DNA from: Tubiluchus corallicola
Taxonomy: Eukaryota > Animalia > Priapulida
Assembly (NCBI GenBank): GCA_030141605.1
Contig: JAQGDQ010000422.1
Location: 1-64,000, forward strand
Direction: 5' to 3'
Length of the DNA stretch: 64,000 bases
Positions 41,441 through 55,678 of this stretch are shown in pieces. The notes beneath the pieces are model-generated. The model was not told the origin of the DNA, ran no database searches, and was given only the letters and a program-made list of their open reading frames with translations. Position 1 is the first letter of the stretch; every line of letters begins with the position of its first letter. A program made the translations under genes and the position numbers.

Positions 41441-42494
41441 AGTGCTTAGCTATGTAAAAGCATCTCAGTTGCTTGTTTTATCAGCTGAAACTCGTGCATT
41501 TTATCAAGAAGAATTTTACCTAAATGTGGTAAAGCAATGAATCATCGTAACCTGCCTATAGCTGTAACTGATTGTCTGCTGTCAGTTTAGTTGTACTAGG
41601 GGTTAAGTGGATTAAGTGGCGGGCTTCTTCATAGAAGTACAAGAGCAGTAAATAATATGTTAGTGTTTTCAAAATAAAGCAAAAAAATCGTTGTTAAAAT
41701 GAAATATCCGACTTTAAGCACAAGAATGTGTCAAATTATTAGAGTCGTTAAAACGAAACGTTGCTAAGTGGGAGTAGGCGTTAAGCGAGGCCGTACTGTA
41801 CTACACAATGTAATGACAAATAAGCATAGAATTCTACGAGGCTGTGAGCTTACAGAATGTCCTTGTGACTGGTAGAATCATAGGCTTAGCTTATAGAATT
41901 CAGTTTTAGCTTGTTAAAAGAATTGTTCTGTCACTCTGTCGGGGTAACCTAGCCGAGTTGGAAGTTATTATATTATCGTCGGCAACAGGTTTTCATTACA
42001 TGGTGGGCAGTGGGATTCACCAAAAAGCAAAAAAACAGTACGCATATTAATAATCTCTCATTTAACGTTTTGGGATTGTTTGTAGTTGATAATAGTGACT
42101 GCAACTGCAAGTAAGCTTGTTCAAGCACCTAGGTGGATAAGCGTTTCAGTTGTACGGTAACCTGATGTAACCTCATTTCGTTCAAAATGAGAGCGCCGAA
42201 CTTTGAAATGGACGCGACTGTTAATTGATTTCAGGTAATACAGTGAAAACAAAATTTTTTAATATTTTATAAAATTATATTAAAATGAATTAATTCAACA
42301 TAATTATCATTAACTACGATTAAGCGCATAATATAAACATTCATTCTTTTTAAACAAGTTTGTACTTCCGCTATGCATGCAGTTCATATTACATGCAAGA
42401 CTCTAGCATGCTGTCCAGCTACGTGTCCTGAAATGACTGTCATATAATGTTAAAGACATAGTGGTCATCGAGCTCCGTTCTACCCTCTGACCAA

Positions 42495-43690
42495 TTAGTG
42501 GAGAACCTCTGTGTAGTGGACAAGACGCGTGTGCTTAACCTCTGTGCAGTGGACAAGGCACGTGTGCTCAACTTCTGTGCAGTGGACAAGGCACGTGTGG
42601 TCAACCTCTGTGCAGTGGACAAGGCACGTGTGCTCAACTTCTGTGCAGTGGACAAGGCACGTGTGCTCAACTTCTGTGCAGTGGACAAACCACGTGTGCT
42701 CAACTTCTGTGCAGTGGACAAGGCACGTGTGGTCAACCTCTGTGTAGTGGACAAGGCGAGTGTACTTAACCTCTGTGCAGAGGACAAGGCAAGTGTGGTC
42801 AACCTCTGTGTAGTGGACAAGGCAAGTGTACTTAACCTCTGTGTAGTGGACAAGATTCGTGTGCTCAACCTCCTCTGTGTTGTGGACAAGGCGAGCGTAC
42901 TTAACCTCTGTGTAGTGGACAAGATTCGTGTGCTCAACCTTCTCTGTGTTGTGGACAAGGCGAGCGTACTTAACCTCTGTGTAGTGGACAAGATTCGTGT
43001 GCTCGAGCTTCTCCGTGTTGTGGACAAGGCGAGCGTACTTAACCTCTGTGTAGTGGACAAGATTCGTGTGCTCAACCTCCTCCGTGTTGTGGACAAGGCG
43101 AGCGTACTTAACCTCTGTGTAGTGGACAAGATTCGTGTGCTCAACCTCCTCTGTGTTGTGGACAAGGCGAGCGTACTTAACCTCTGTGTAGTGGACAAGA
43201 TTCGTGTGCTCAACCTCCTCCGTGTTGTGGACAAGGCGAGCGTACTTAACCTCTGTGTAGTGGACAAGATTCGTGTGCTCAACCTCCTCTGTGTTGTGGA
43301 CAAGGCGAGTGTACTTAACCTCTGTGTAGTGGACAAGGCACATGTACTCAACCTCTGTGCAGTGGACAAGGCAAGTGTGGTCAACCTCTGTGTAGTGGAC
43401 AAGATTCGTGTGCTTAACCTCTGTGCAGAGGACAAGACACATGTACTCAACCTCTGTGCAGTGGACAATGTAGTGTGGTCAACCTCTGTGTAGTGGACAA
43501 GGCATGTGTGCTTAACCTCTGTGTAGTGGACAAGGCACGTGTGGTCAACTTCTTTGTAGTGGACAAGACGAGTGTGGTCAACCTCTGTGTAGTGGACAAG
43601 ACACGTGTGCTTAACCTCTGTGTAGTGGACAAGACACGTGTGCTTAACCTCTGTGCAGAGGGCAAGGCACATGTACTCAACCTCTGTGCA
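42495..43690. repeat. 33-bp minisatellite with a central 69-bp (33+36) higher-order repeat
   Basis: Unit AACCTCTGTGYAGTGGACAAGGCACGTGTGCTC; alternating dimer at ~42830-43320. Confidence 0.93.
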
Positions 43691-44222
43691 TGTATTTACT
43701 CTTTACTTTGTACTGAAAGTATACTATACGATCACACTCATGGTTACATTGGACTTATGGACTTTTATTCCAACATGCAGATTTAATTATTCTATGGATT
43801 CATTTCGTCAACAAGCCAACGAACTAATAAATAAGTAAATAAATAAACAACACTCTTCATTACTTTTACTTATTTCACGAGGCGGTTATCCCAATGTCAT
43901 TGCTGAATTTTTCTACCATTTTCTCAAACATTAAAATAAGCTTGCCTAGTGGCTTTTGCTTTAACATTGAGCAATTCTGCAAATAGAAATAATACTATTG
44001 GCGCAATAGAAACTACACAAAATTGAAAATTTATTGAAAGTTAGAAGACTATACATAAATAAATTACATCAACAAAAGTCATTCAAATTGCTTTTACGTG
44101 CCAAATTATTAAACATGTGCAAGCAACGTATAAAAGAACATACACGAGGCAACTAACAACAGTAATTTTATACCATCAACCAAAGTGTAATAAATTAAAA
44201 AAAATGTACAAAGTTGCACTAA

Positions 44223-44486
44223 AGGCATGTTCAGATTAGCGAGTTAATCGCCAAGTAAACTCATCAAGTAACTCGCCAAAAAACTCACAAGCATGTTCAG
44301 ACAAGAGTTACATTCCAACTCTGAGCATGAGCTGACACTCACTTCTCTACTTACTGTCAGAAGTGTCGAGAGTAACAGAGAGTTCACAATGGCCTACCGA
44401 TAGTAACTCCCAGAGCAGCTCATACTTGCAAGTTTGCTGTCAGAAAGAAAACTCCTGACTGAAAAATCGCTAGTCTAGATATGCCA
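44223..44486. mobile_element. Harbinger-like MITE related to 16164-16463 (inverted)
   Basis: AGGCATGTTCAGATTAG..CTAGTCTAGATATGCC; shared internal GAGCTGACAYTCACTTCTCTA and AGTTTGCTGTC. Confidence 0.55.
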
Positions 44487-44560
44487 TAGCTGTAGCTAGT
44501 AGGAACGTTGTATGGTCCACGCGGGGGAAAGTTGCAAATATTAACAGCAAACATGTTTGT

Positions 44561-45089
44561 TTAAAGGAAAGAACAAGTCACTCAGTATGTTGGGTTTATT
44601 TTACTACCATCACTTAAACTTAGGAAAATTTAACAAAGAAATTTTGCATGAATTGCCAACAAAGCATAAATTTAAAATATATCAACCCTGAATAGAAATT
44701 TTTAGGCGCGGTGGTAGCCGCCAATCACTTGAAAATCATGACGTAACTGGGAGACTTCGTGACTTTTCGTAAGCGCGTCGTGGCTTTCCGTAAGCGTGCG
44801 CTGCTTAAACTAAATAGAATTTCTGCAGCTTACCTATTGTTCATGCAAAAATGTTACAAAGTTAGCTATCTGATTTTCTTTGTAAAAATGTATTATACTT
44901 TTGACAAAGATCGACAGTGCCCTACTTTTCTTCAAGACGAATGACGTCATTGGAAGAAAAATGGACATTAAGAATGAAATGATCACGACTTTAGAGTGAT
45001 TTTAGTAAATACACGAGGAGCTTATTGCAATTTTATTGTTCAACATTGAGATAAGCATAACCTCCCAGAAGGCTTAGCCTTTCCTTTAA
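44561..45089. mobile_element. Kolobok-type MITE, family C
   Basis: TTAA-AGGAAAGAACAAGTC...GGCTTAGCCTTTCCT-TTAA. Confidence 0.6.
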
Positions 45090-45155
45090 CATCATTTACT
45101 ACCAAATGATTTAGTAACGCTACATAAATTTCAGGTCCACAATCATATACGTGCT

Positions 45156-48091
45156 TTATGGCTGAATGCTGTTTTCAATAGTTGGCTTTGCTGACAGATT
45201 TTCTTCGGTTGATGGAAGCGGGGGGATCGTCGCCTCCATTCCTTGTAGTTCCCTCTCTCCTTTTGACTTTACAAACATCACGTGGTCGAGACTTGTTGTT
45301 GGAGTCGGAGTGTTAACATCGTCATCACCTTTATCATCGTGACGAGCACGTATGTGGGGTTGTGACGGGTACACATCGTCTAGCACTGGTTCTGTTTCTA
45401 GCGTGTCTGATGTAGCTGCAAGGGGCGGCATTGAAATGACGGAGGATTGAGCTGAAGCGGAATTTGGACTTAACGTGGAGCCAGAAAACCCGTGTTGATT
45501 AGACAGCAAGGAAGGAAGAGATGGGCAAGTTTCTTCAACAGAAGCGACAGACTCATTGTCAGCTAGAGTATGAGCACTAGACGTTAGAGAAACCGATATA
45601 TCATTGAGGGTACTGTCATGAGTCTGGTCTGACAGTGACTGCTGGGACACACTGCGCAAAACACCAGTTGTACTACAACTAGAACGACGACTTGCTTCTT
45701 CCTCTTTATCTGCAGCTGTGTCTTTTCTTGGAAGAGATGCAGAATAAGAAGACCGTTTTGGCAGCTGATCGAGCCAGTTCTGGATTTTCTCTTTTCGAAG
45801 TGATTCAGATGTGGATACAGATGCCCTGTTTAAGCTATCGTATTTCTCCTTTGACAAGTCTGTGTCAGTATCTTTAGCTTTGTCTTCATTTATCGCCTGA
45901 GGAGCGACCTCATCTAATTGCTCTTCAACAACATTGTCTTCTTCAAAAACATTCTGACAGATAGGCTTTGCAGGTGGCTTCGAATCTTCATCAGTTTGTA
46001 AACCTTTCAGTCTTGCATACATTTTCCATTCCTCGAGAGAAACAGAATCAGAATCAAAGAGGGCTTCTCTAATGTGACTCTCATTGATTTCATCGGTTTC
46101 GTTCTTGTGTGGAACATCATCGTTCATTGTATGTATGACCCCAGTGACCCCAGTGATCCCAGTGACCCCAGTGACCCCATTGCTTTCTTTTTTGTCAGTT
46201 ACATTTAAATCATTCTTGTCACAACTAATTGTTTCTTCACTTTGCGACTTCACCTCTCTTTCACTTTCGTGTGCTTCACTTTCTTCAGGAAGGCTTCCTC
46301 GTTTTCCACTTTCAACTTCAGCACCTTCCACAATCTGCTTTTCAACTTCAGCTTCAATGTCACTCAATGTTTTATCATCTTCTTCCATAGGCAAAGAAGG
46401 AGCATTCTCCTTTTGATGAGGAACTTGATCAGGTGAAACACCACCTGCCCATGGATCATCACCAATTGGACCAAGAGGTGTAACAGACTTGGCAATACAG
46501 ACTGGCTCTTCAACAAAACCATTATCACAAATGAGAGGACTTTTCTGGATGTCACTTTTGCATTTATCAACTTCCTGCACCTTAGGGACTGTGTGAGTTG
46601 GAGTGAATACTGGGTACGGTTCTGGCTGACTTGTGCCTTCTAAAATGTTTATTAAGTTTTCTAAATCTTGCTCGTATGTTTGTTTTGGTTTTGTAGATAT
46701 TTCACCCTTTTCTTCTATTTCACCAACTAACGCATCTAGCTCTTCTTTACTCATTTGTTCTGGTGGTTTTCGATACTGTTTTGGTAATGGCACATGAGTT
46801 GGAGAAACACCACCTGACCACGGGCTATCATCTAATGGACCTGTAGGTTTAACTTTAGTAGCTACAACAATGGGCTCCTCCAGAAGATTCCCTTCCTGAG
46901 TAGTTTTACCAGTCGTCATTTTTCCATCATCCGTTGTGTCTTTTACTGGTTCCTCCACCATTTCTGGCTTATCTAAAACAGTGTCTGCATTTCGTAGTAG
47001 TTGATTCTTAAGTTCATCTTCATGAGTTTGTTCCAGATTTTCAGAACTCACGTCTCTGATATTTTCTTCACTAGACATGCCAGTAAAAGAATCTAACTCT
47101 TTTTTGTCAACTTCTCCTGGCTTTCCCTTTCGTTCTTGAACAGACACTACAGGTTCTCTTGCACTTTTCTCGTGTGATTCTTTATTACTCACTAAATGGA
47201 AAGGTTTTGGTTTCGTTGCCGGCTTTTTTCGTTTAAGCGTATCCGTTGTCTGCGTTTCAACCGTTTTTTGTTCAACGTTGTCTAACACTGGAGACAAACT
47301 GAGCGGCTTCCGATCATAGAGGGACGGCATCGAACTTGATCTTGCTGCCTTAGCCTTTGAGTGAGTCTCGGCTGGTTTTTTGGAGGAAACTGTGGTTAAA
47401 ATTCTAAACGATCCAGTCTTCCACAACTCGTCCCCTCTATCATTCTCCGGTTCTACGGTGGTTAAAATGCGCAGAGATTTGGACCTACCCATTATCAAGC
47501 TGCCAGGTTCTGTGGGCATTATTGTAGTTAGAATTTTTAGTGATTTGGGCTGAGTAACTTTTTTCTGTTTTGGAACTGTTACAGTCGTTGACACATGTAC
47601 TGGGCTTTTGGAACGAGTTGATTGCTTTGACGCAGTGCTAGAAGCCCTGCTTTGTCGATTAGACGCCGGATTCTCGGGAGACGGGCTTCTGCGAACAGTA
47701 ACACTGCTTAATACTCTTGCGCCTGGAGACATTGAGCGAGATATTCTTTTTCGATCTAAGCTAGCATTTTGTCGAGGTTTACTGTCGACGTTATCACCTT
47801 CAACACTGACAGCACTTGTTATTGACATAGGCTCCGCTTCTAGTGTCGGATCTGGAGTATCGGAAATATTTGAACGAGATCCCTGCGGATAGTTCAATGA
47901 CACAGAACTGCAGACTGAGACGGGTTCTTTTGCAGAAGAGGCTAGCGAGAGTTCAGAATCAGAAGTATTAAGATTCCCTGGACCGTTCTCCTTGCCTTGA
48001 TGATCCTGTTTCTCGTATGAATGTGATGGTATGGGTGGTCGACCAGATAATAGTTTTACCGATCCAACTCTGACTAAGTTAGTAGCATCAC
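45156..48091 (-). CDS. Terminal exon of uncharacterised gene X; ~978 codons, Ser/Glu/Pro/Lys-rich, likely disordered
   Basis: Long non-repetitive ORF extends upstream to a tttttcttag acceptor; phase 1 fits the upstream exon. Confidence 0.88.
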
Positions 48092-48389
48092 CTAAGAAAA
48101 ATACGAAAAAATATAATGAATTATTAAGTCTCTTGTTTCAAAAAAATAAATAAAACAATTAGAAAGCAAAATGAATTAACAGCAACCCTCACCCCCCACT
48201 AAAGCGAGGACATGACTTTTGTTCAGACATAAACACCCACTCATCTGTAACGTTTCAACCATAACATGGTCATGATCACGCAACAATCCACCTAAATAAA
48301 AATTAATAAACATTCACATTGTGTCAAGGAAACAAAACAAATACATAATTGTTTGATTCTCACAACATGGATTTTTAATAATTTTTAAA

Positions 48390-49205
48390 CATTGGGCAGG
48401 AAACAATTTAGTTATATTTTACTTTGAGCAGGAAACAATTTAGTTATATTTTACTTTGAGCAGGAAACAATTTAGTTATATTTTACTTTGAGCAGGAAAC
48501 AATTTAGTTATATTTTACTTTGAGCAGGGAACAATTTAGTTATATTTTACTTTGAGCAGGGAACAATTTAGTTATATTTTACTTTGAGCAGGGAACAATT
48601 TAGTTATATTTTACTTTGAGCAGGGAACAATTTAGTTATATTTTACTTTGAGCAGGGAACAATTTAGTTATATTTTACTTTGAGCAGGGAACAATTTAGT
48701 TATATTTTACTTTGAGCAGGAAACAATTTAGTTATATTTTACTTTGAGCAGGGAACAATTTAGTTATATTTTACTTTAAGCAGGAAACAATTTAGTTATA
48801 TTTTACTTTGAGCAGGAAACAATTTAGTTATATTTTACTTTAAGCAGGAAACAATTTAGTTATATTTTACTTTGAGCAGGAAACAATTTAGTTATATTTT
48901 ACTTTGAGCAGGGAACAATTTAGTTTTATTTTATTTTGAGCAGGGAACAATTTAGTTATATTTTACTTTTAGCAGGGAACAATTTAGTTATATTTTGCAT
49001 TGAGCAGGGAACAATTTAGTTATAATTTACATTGGGCAGGGAACAATTTAGTTATATTTTACTTTGAGCAGGGAACAATTTAGTTATAATTTACATTGGG
49101 CAGGGAACAATTTAGTTATATTTTACATTGGGCAGGGAACAATTTAGTTATATTTTACATTGCGCAGGGAACAATTTAGTTATATTTTACATTGCGCAGG
49201 GAACG
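48390..49205. repeat. 32-bp minisatellite (~25 copies)
   Basis: Unit GAGCAGGRAACAATTTAGTTATATTTTACTTT. Confidence 0.95.
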
Positions 49206-49280
49206 CTTTAATTACCGTATATATAACTGATTATAATTAGCAGTGTATTTATTTAGGTGGATTGTTGCGTTATCATGACC

Positions 49281-49907
49281 TTAAAGCAAAACCGGACCCA
49301 ATCTTAAACTGTAGGTCAAAACAATCTACTCTTTAAAATATTGAAAGGAAACATACTATTTTTTCAAAAATTACTTACGTGAAAGAATTATTACCACACA
49401 AACATAATTTCACGTTCGCATAACTAGTTCTTCGCTGTTACATGCATTTCGCCATTCGTTAGTTAGACGGAGACTAACACCTGCATTTCGCAAACGCATT
49501 GCACAAAAACAGCTGCAGTACCTCTCAGTTCACATTTTAGTTTGTGACGAACAACACACGTTTGACAGAGCTCATGCGTGAGCACAGAGGTAAATTTGAA
49601 ATTTGAATTTTTACTTAAAACTTGCCTAGTTTTCTTACAACACACTGAATCTCTTACAGTAGCACTGTACTTCAATTTTTGCTTTCACAAACACATGCAA
49701 CACGCTCGTGGAACATTTATGCTGTTGAAAATTATGTTCGTTTGTGATGTCATTAACAGTTGGGATCGCCCGCCGTTAATTAACTTTAGAATCTATTATT
49801 TGATTATCAGAAACGCGTTTGCAGTATTAATTGCGTTAAAATGTATAGTTTTTACCGTACTTGAAAATGTTGTAGTATATATGAAAAATTATCCTGTTTT
49901 CCATTAA
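49281..49907 (+). mobile_element. Kolobok-type MITE family A, copy 3 (most complete)
   Basis: TTAA-AGCAAAACCGGA...TCCTGTTTTCCA-TTAA. Confidence 0.8.
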
Positions 49908-50773
49908 CTAGTCAAAATGTTACAAATGTTTCTATCCGAATAAAATCCACGTCTTTGTTCTAGTGAGTACAGGCTTGTTCTTTTCATTTTAAGAAAATTT
50001 CATTTTCATTGTTTTCCCCCTCACCATCTTGAATTAGAGAGCAAATGGCGGCATTGTAAGACTGCAAAGTTACAAAAGTTAAGTTAAAAGGACAAGAAAA
50101 GGGGTACCTGAAACAGGTTTCAGAGAAATGGCTTTAAGAAATTATATTACTTTACAACGATATTATGCGTATATCGTGCTCGCGTTAAAGGAATTTTTGT
50201 TTCTTTTCAATTTAGAAACTGTTTTCTTCTGCAGTACTGTTCCGACCGCGCCATTACATGACGTCATATACGCACAGCGAAAATCAGGGAAAGAAAAGGA
50301 AATGTTAAACTCATCGTCCTGGTTGCACCACTCACTAACCACAAAACGTATTTCTAATCTTATTGACAAGATACAGTAATTTTAAAACTTTACTTAGTAA
50401 CATGTGTGCTACGAATGCTCTGTTTATTTTTTCAAACTTTACAAAATTTTATCTAAACTTGTTTCAAATGACCTGTCGTCAAAATGGCTGCGCCTAACGG
50501 TCATCGTGGTAGTTTAACATGTTATATTCAGCGTTACTGCCGACGCAAAACCTGCAGGCAAAAAGTCAGTATGTAAGTGGAAGGTTTTCATGTGCTTTGA
50601 ATTTAAGTCGCAAAACAGTCTTAAAACTAAACGAAAAAACAAAAAGATCCAGTTGGGTTGGAGGATTAACCATTTTTCGCCACTTTTCCTCCAAGTTCCC
50701 ATTTTTTTGTTAATTAGTTAACAGGAAACACAAGCAGTGAGGAAGAAAAACATCAAACCAGATTAAAATTTAC

Positions 50774-50896
50774 CACTGTGAGTTTTAGGCGGCTCGACGA
50801 AATCATCCAGACGTGTCATCTCAACTTCTATCTTACGTACACTGAGAAATTTCTGTTGCATCATTTTCATGATTTTCTTAATAAAACCAACGTAAT
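50774..50896 (-). CDS. Gene X internal exon
   Basis: tttttag/gtaaat, 123 nt, phase 1-1; (D)YVGFIKKIMKMMQQKFLSVRKIEVEMTRLDDFVEPPKTHS. Confidence 0.85.
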
Positions 50897-51044
50897 CTAA
50901 AAATAGAAAGTGACAAGATTAAAAATTGCTTGATCCATTAAATGTTTCATGAAGCTTCCACTAATTTGATTTTCAATTTGCATCTAACTGGCCAGCGACG
51001 AACAACGATAATTTCTTGTTTAGCAGTAAGATCTTTATTATATA

Positions 51045-51572
<528 letters not shown>

Positions 51573-51934
51573 GCGTAGCCTGTAACTATTTATATTTTAG
51601 TCAGTTGCCCGGAATTTCATGGTGCTTATTCGACAGTTCACCAGCAATTCTGAAACTCAATGATACTTTACATACTTATAGCTGGACTGAAGGTTTGCAT
51701 AATGCTAACCATATGACAAATAATTTTTGAGCATTATATCTTGCAACAGTTACGCGAATTATCATCAACGTCATTTCGCTGGCCGTATGTCCAACAAGAG
51801 ACGTTTTTATCTCTTCTCTATGAAATCTACTTCATACTGCATCAACAAAATTGTATACACGCGAACATATAGTGAAAGTTTCCTACGTCTGTATATATAT
51901 CAACAATATTCATTACGATGCAAGTGCACATTCT

Positions 51935-52378
51935 TTCTTTGGAAACACCAATTACAGTATTCTCAGCCTTAGTAGAAACTGTATTACTGTACGAGTCAGG
52001 GCTCTGGACATTAAAAGCATGAGTTGACCAAAGAAGATCTCAAATAAAGATCTATATGAAAAAAACAAAAGAAAAACGTTGAACAAGAGAAACAAAAAGA
52101 TGCCGTTTAAGATGGATTGGGCATATGCTTAGACTACCTGATCCAGTGAAGATAGCTCTTCAACAAGACATAGAACCAGCTAAAAAACCTGCAGGAGGAC
52201 AAATGTTAACATATTTAGATTTTGCACTGAAAGATTTAAACACTTCAGCATTGATTCTTAGAAATAAATCCACTTGGGGCACTGCAGTGAGCAGGGAGTC
52301 CTAGCATAGGGAGGCAAACATGTTCCTGGACGTATGATTCATTGGATGATGATGACGATGATGTTGTTGTTGATGATA

Positions 52379-52411
<33 letters not shown>

Positions 52412-52425
52412 CTGATGATGATGAA
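51935..52425 (+). mobile_element. RTE-clade LINE 3' end with (GAT)n tail
   Basis: FSALVETVLLYESGLWTLK, PKKISNKDLYEK, RLRWIGHMLRLPDP followed by a short UTR and GAT repeats. Confidence 0.8.
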
Positions 52426-52446
52426 ATATACATTCTTGATAATTAC

Positions 52447-52558
52447 CTTTCGGGAAGTCGTCGGGTCGTATTAGTTCCTTAAAAAATTCGTGCCCATTTC
52501 TCATTTCTTCAGCTTCACTCATGCCAGGAGAATACCAAAATTTTAATGTCCTTATCTC
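52447..52558 (-). CDS. Gene X internal exon
   Basis: tttag/gtaatt, 112 nt, phase 0-1; EIRTLKFWYSPGMSEAEEMRNGHEFFKELIRPDDFPK. Confidence 0.85.
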
Positions 52559-53128
52559 CTAAATGTAACCAAAATTTATTGCATAAAAATCTGTTTTTAT
52601 CAAAAAGGCAAAAAACTATTATTAAAGATTGCAGTAGTAAAATCTTTATATTCTAACTAGATTAGTATTTATAAGTCGAAATAAAGATAGTAAATAGAGA
52701 TACTAAATCGAAATTTCGAGATACCAAGTCGGAATTTCGAGATACTAAGTTGGAATTTCCAGACGGTAAGTCGAAATTTCGATTTATTATTTAATCTAAG
52801 GATTGATTTAAAAAAGCTATTGTAGTTTTCAATATTTTAGAGCATATTTATTCTGAACTAATGTTTACTCAATCATCCAGTTTTCCTTTAAGTACCATGT
52901 CTCTAAGAAGTCACTGTAAAAGTAGCTAAGAAATGGCAGGGCAATTTGAAAAAAGTTACAGAACGAAATACCCACAGCTATTTAAATCACTGTAACCAAG
53001 CATTATCGAAAAAAGGGAAATAAGTGAAGTCGGGATTTGAACCAGGAACCCTTGAATTGCATGTAAACCATTTCATCAATTTTCAACCTTTTCAATCATT
53101 TCATCTTTAACACAACAATTTGGCCTAC

Positions 53129-53220
53129 CTGAGTAAGTAAAGTTTCGTGTTTTGCCTTGTCTTGTAAATAAACTTTGAACTGAAGTTCCAAGTGTGCAGG
53201 ATTTTCATCATTCGAAGAAC
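53129..53220 (-). CDS. Gene X internal exon
   Basis: ctttag/gtaggc, 92 nt, phase 1-0; (S)SSNDENPAHLELQFKVYLQDKAKHETLLTQ, bridging the phases of both neighbours. Confidence 0.8.
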
Positions 53221-53339
53221 CTAAAGTTTACAATACAAATACTAGTTAAACTATGGATGAAAAGTGATGGTAAAAATGTGTCAGCTTTAAGACAGTTACA
53301 TACAAAAATTTACTTTTATAGGACTATAAGATTTCGCGG

Positions 53340-54262
53340 TACAAAATGGCATCGGTAAAAGTGGCACAGCAGAGAATGGCACAGCAAAAATGGCATAAAT
53401 GGAAAAGTAGGTAATAATGACACAGGAAAAAATAGCACAGGAAAAATAGCACAGATGGAAAAGCAGGTAAAAATGACACAGGAAAGAATGGCGCAAGTGG
53501 AAAAGTAGGTAATAATGACACAGGAAAAAATAGCGTAGGAAAAATGGCACAGATGGAAAAGCAGGTAAAAATGACACAGGAAAGAATGGCGCAAGTGGAA
53601 AAGTAGGTAAAAATGACACAGGAAAACATAGCACAGGAAAAATGGCACAGATGGAAAAGCAGGTAAAAATGACACAGGAAAGAATGGCGCAAGTGGAAAA
53701 GTAGGTAATAATGACACAGGAAAAAATAGCATAGGAAAAATGGCACAGATGGAAAAGCAGGTAAAAATGACACAGGAAAGAATGGCGCAAGTGGAAAAGT
53801 AGGTATAAATGACACAGGAAAAAATGGCGCAAGTGGAAAAGTAGGTATAAATGACACAGGAAAAAATGGCGCAAGTGGAGAAGTAGGTAAAAATAGCATA
53901 GGAAAAATGGCACAGATGGAAAAGCAGGTAAAAATGACACAGGAAAGAATGGCGCAAGTGGAAAAGTAGGTATAAATGACACAGGAAAAAATGGCGCAAG
54001 TGGAGAAGTAGGTAAAATGACAAAGGAGAAAATAGCACAAAAGGAAAAGTAGATAAAAATGACACAGGAAAAAACAACACAGGAAAAAATGGCACGTGGA
54101 AAAGTAGGTAAAATGACACAGGAAAAATGGCATGGTAAAAATGGCACTGGAAAGAATGACACAGGTAAAATGACACAGGAAAAATGGCATGGTAAAAATG
54201 GCACGGCAAGAAATGGCACAGGAAAAAATGGCACAAATGGAAAAGTAGGTAAAATGACACAA
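53340..54262. repeat. Array of GGAAAAATGGCACA-type ~15-bp subrepeats; opposite-orientation relatives at 54975-55232 and 55845-56040
   Basis: Visible directly; the two right-hand copies share the head AAAATAACTAAAATAWTTATCCYCCACTGTARCCYTAA. Confidence 0.85.
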
Positions 54263-55678
54263 ATGTTATAATGATGCAATTGATGTCTATAATAAAACTA
54301 GAAATGCACTCAGTAGGAAACAGATCTCTGCCGAAGTCGAAAAATCCTAAACTTATTCGTCGGATTCTTTTGATTCAAAAAATTTAATACAAAGATAAAC
54401 AAGCAAACGTACAAAAATGTACATGCATTGGTATTATAACTATCAAAAGACTCACAAAATATTTGCTCGTTAAATACATTGATAATCAATAATTCACGAA
54501 TGTTCCACACAGTTTTTATCAACCTTTTTAACTATTATCTTTGGCGACTGACATATATATATATATATGTATTTCCATACCAAGTCACCTTTTGCACCTA
54601 CCTATACGCATTGAAAAGCAAAAGTTATAGACAACGTTACACAGTTTTGCAAGTGGAATATTTCCAAATGGAACCTGGAACTAACTCGTAGTTGTTTGTC
54701 CAGGTGGAGATATACTAATCATCTCTCTGAGACCGCCACCAAGTGTTTGACGATGTTTTTTGTACGTGGTGTTTGGTCAAGTTTTGGAAAAAAAGAACCG
54801 GCGAAAAAGATTCCCATTTTAGCACCCGCCTTTTTTCACAAAGTTTCTTGGAAAAGTGCCAGATAGTTTTTGCGTAATAGGCTTACTGCCACAACAACCA
54901 AACAAACACACAAACAAACAAACAAGCAAACAAACAAGCAAGCTGTGTTGACGCATAACTTCCTTGTTAGGGGGAAAATAACTAAAATATTTATCCTCCA
55001 CTGTAACCTTAATCCAAAGCGCATATTTTACTAAGTGTGCCACTTTTGCCTGTGCCATTTTACCTGCTTTTCCACTTGTGCCATTTTTTCTGTACCATTT
55101 TTACCTACTTTTCCATTTGAGCCGTTTTTCAATGCAATTTTTCCCGTGCCATTTTTACCTGTGCCATTTTTCCCGTGCCATTTTTACCTGTACCATTTTT
55201 TCTGTGCCATTTTTACCTGTGCCATTTTTACCAACATTTGATTATAGGCTCACGTACAGCTGCACATAGTAAAAGAGAAAGCTACAATAATTCTTCTAAC
55301 GTATAATATTTATTACTATAAGATAAAAGCAGTTTTATGCCTAGATATTTGCAAAAATTGCTATAATTATAGTTTTGTCCAATTAACATAATATTTCTGT
55401 CACATGGGTCGATGTTTGAAAATCTAATGTTAGGGCACTATCTAACAGCGTTGGCGATGACGATGACGATTGACGATTGACAGATGGCAATTCGAACCGC
55501 TGTGTTTTATATCTTTTGTTACCAATATAACAATGCTGACTGAAGGGGAGGCAATATGATATACATGGCATTATAATGTACTTACGTACAGTCATGTCAG
55601 CAATTTGGTGAAGTTTCTATTTCAATATTTGATGTTAAAAATTGAGATGTAAACCGAGCACACTTAAACTTTACATAC

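Larger units (their letters stand above)
48165..49995. mobile_element. Foldback element with long diverged TIRs enclosing a 32-bp array; right TIR split by a family A MITE
   Basis: GGTCATGATCACGCAACAATCCACCTAAATAAA (48268-48300) inverted at 49248-49280; weaker inverted match resumes after 49907. Confidence 0.6.

Noticed and set aside
42440-43786. His/Cys-rich 300-410-aa ORFs on both strands
   Set aside because: 33-bp minisatellite artefact
53027-53080. tRNA-like B box GGTTCAAATCC on the minus strand
   Set aside because: No cloverleaf; at most a decayed tRNA-SINE head
53296-54279. Three overlapping Phe/Cys-rich ORFs
   Set aside because: Antisense reading of an A-rich subrepeat array
55383-55540. 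Possible extra gene X exon (ccccttcag acceptor)
   Set aside because: Not needed for phase continuity; the compatible frame stops early or gives only a 17-nt exon that does not fit the next exon
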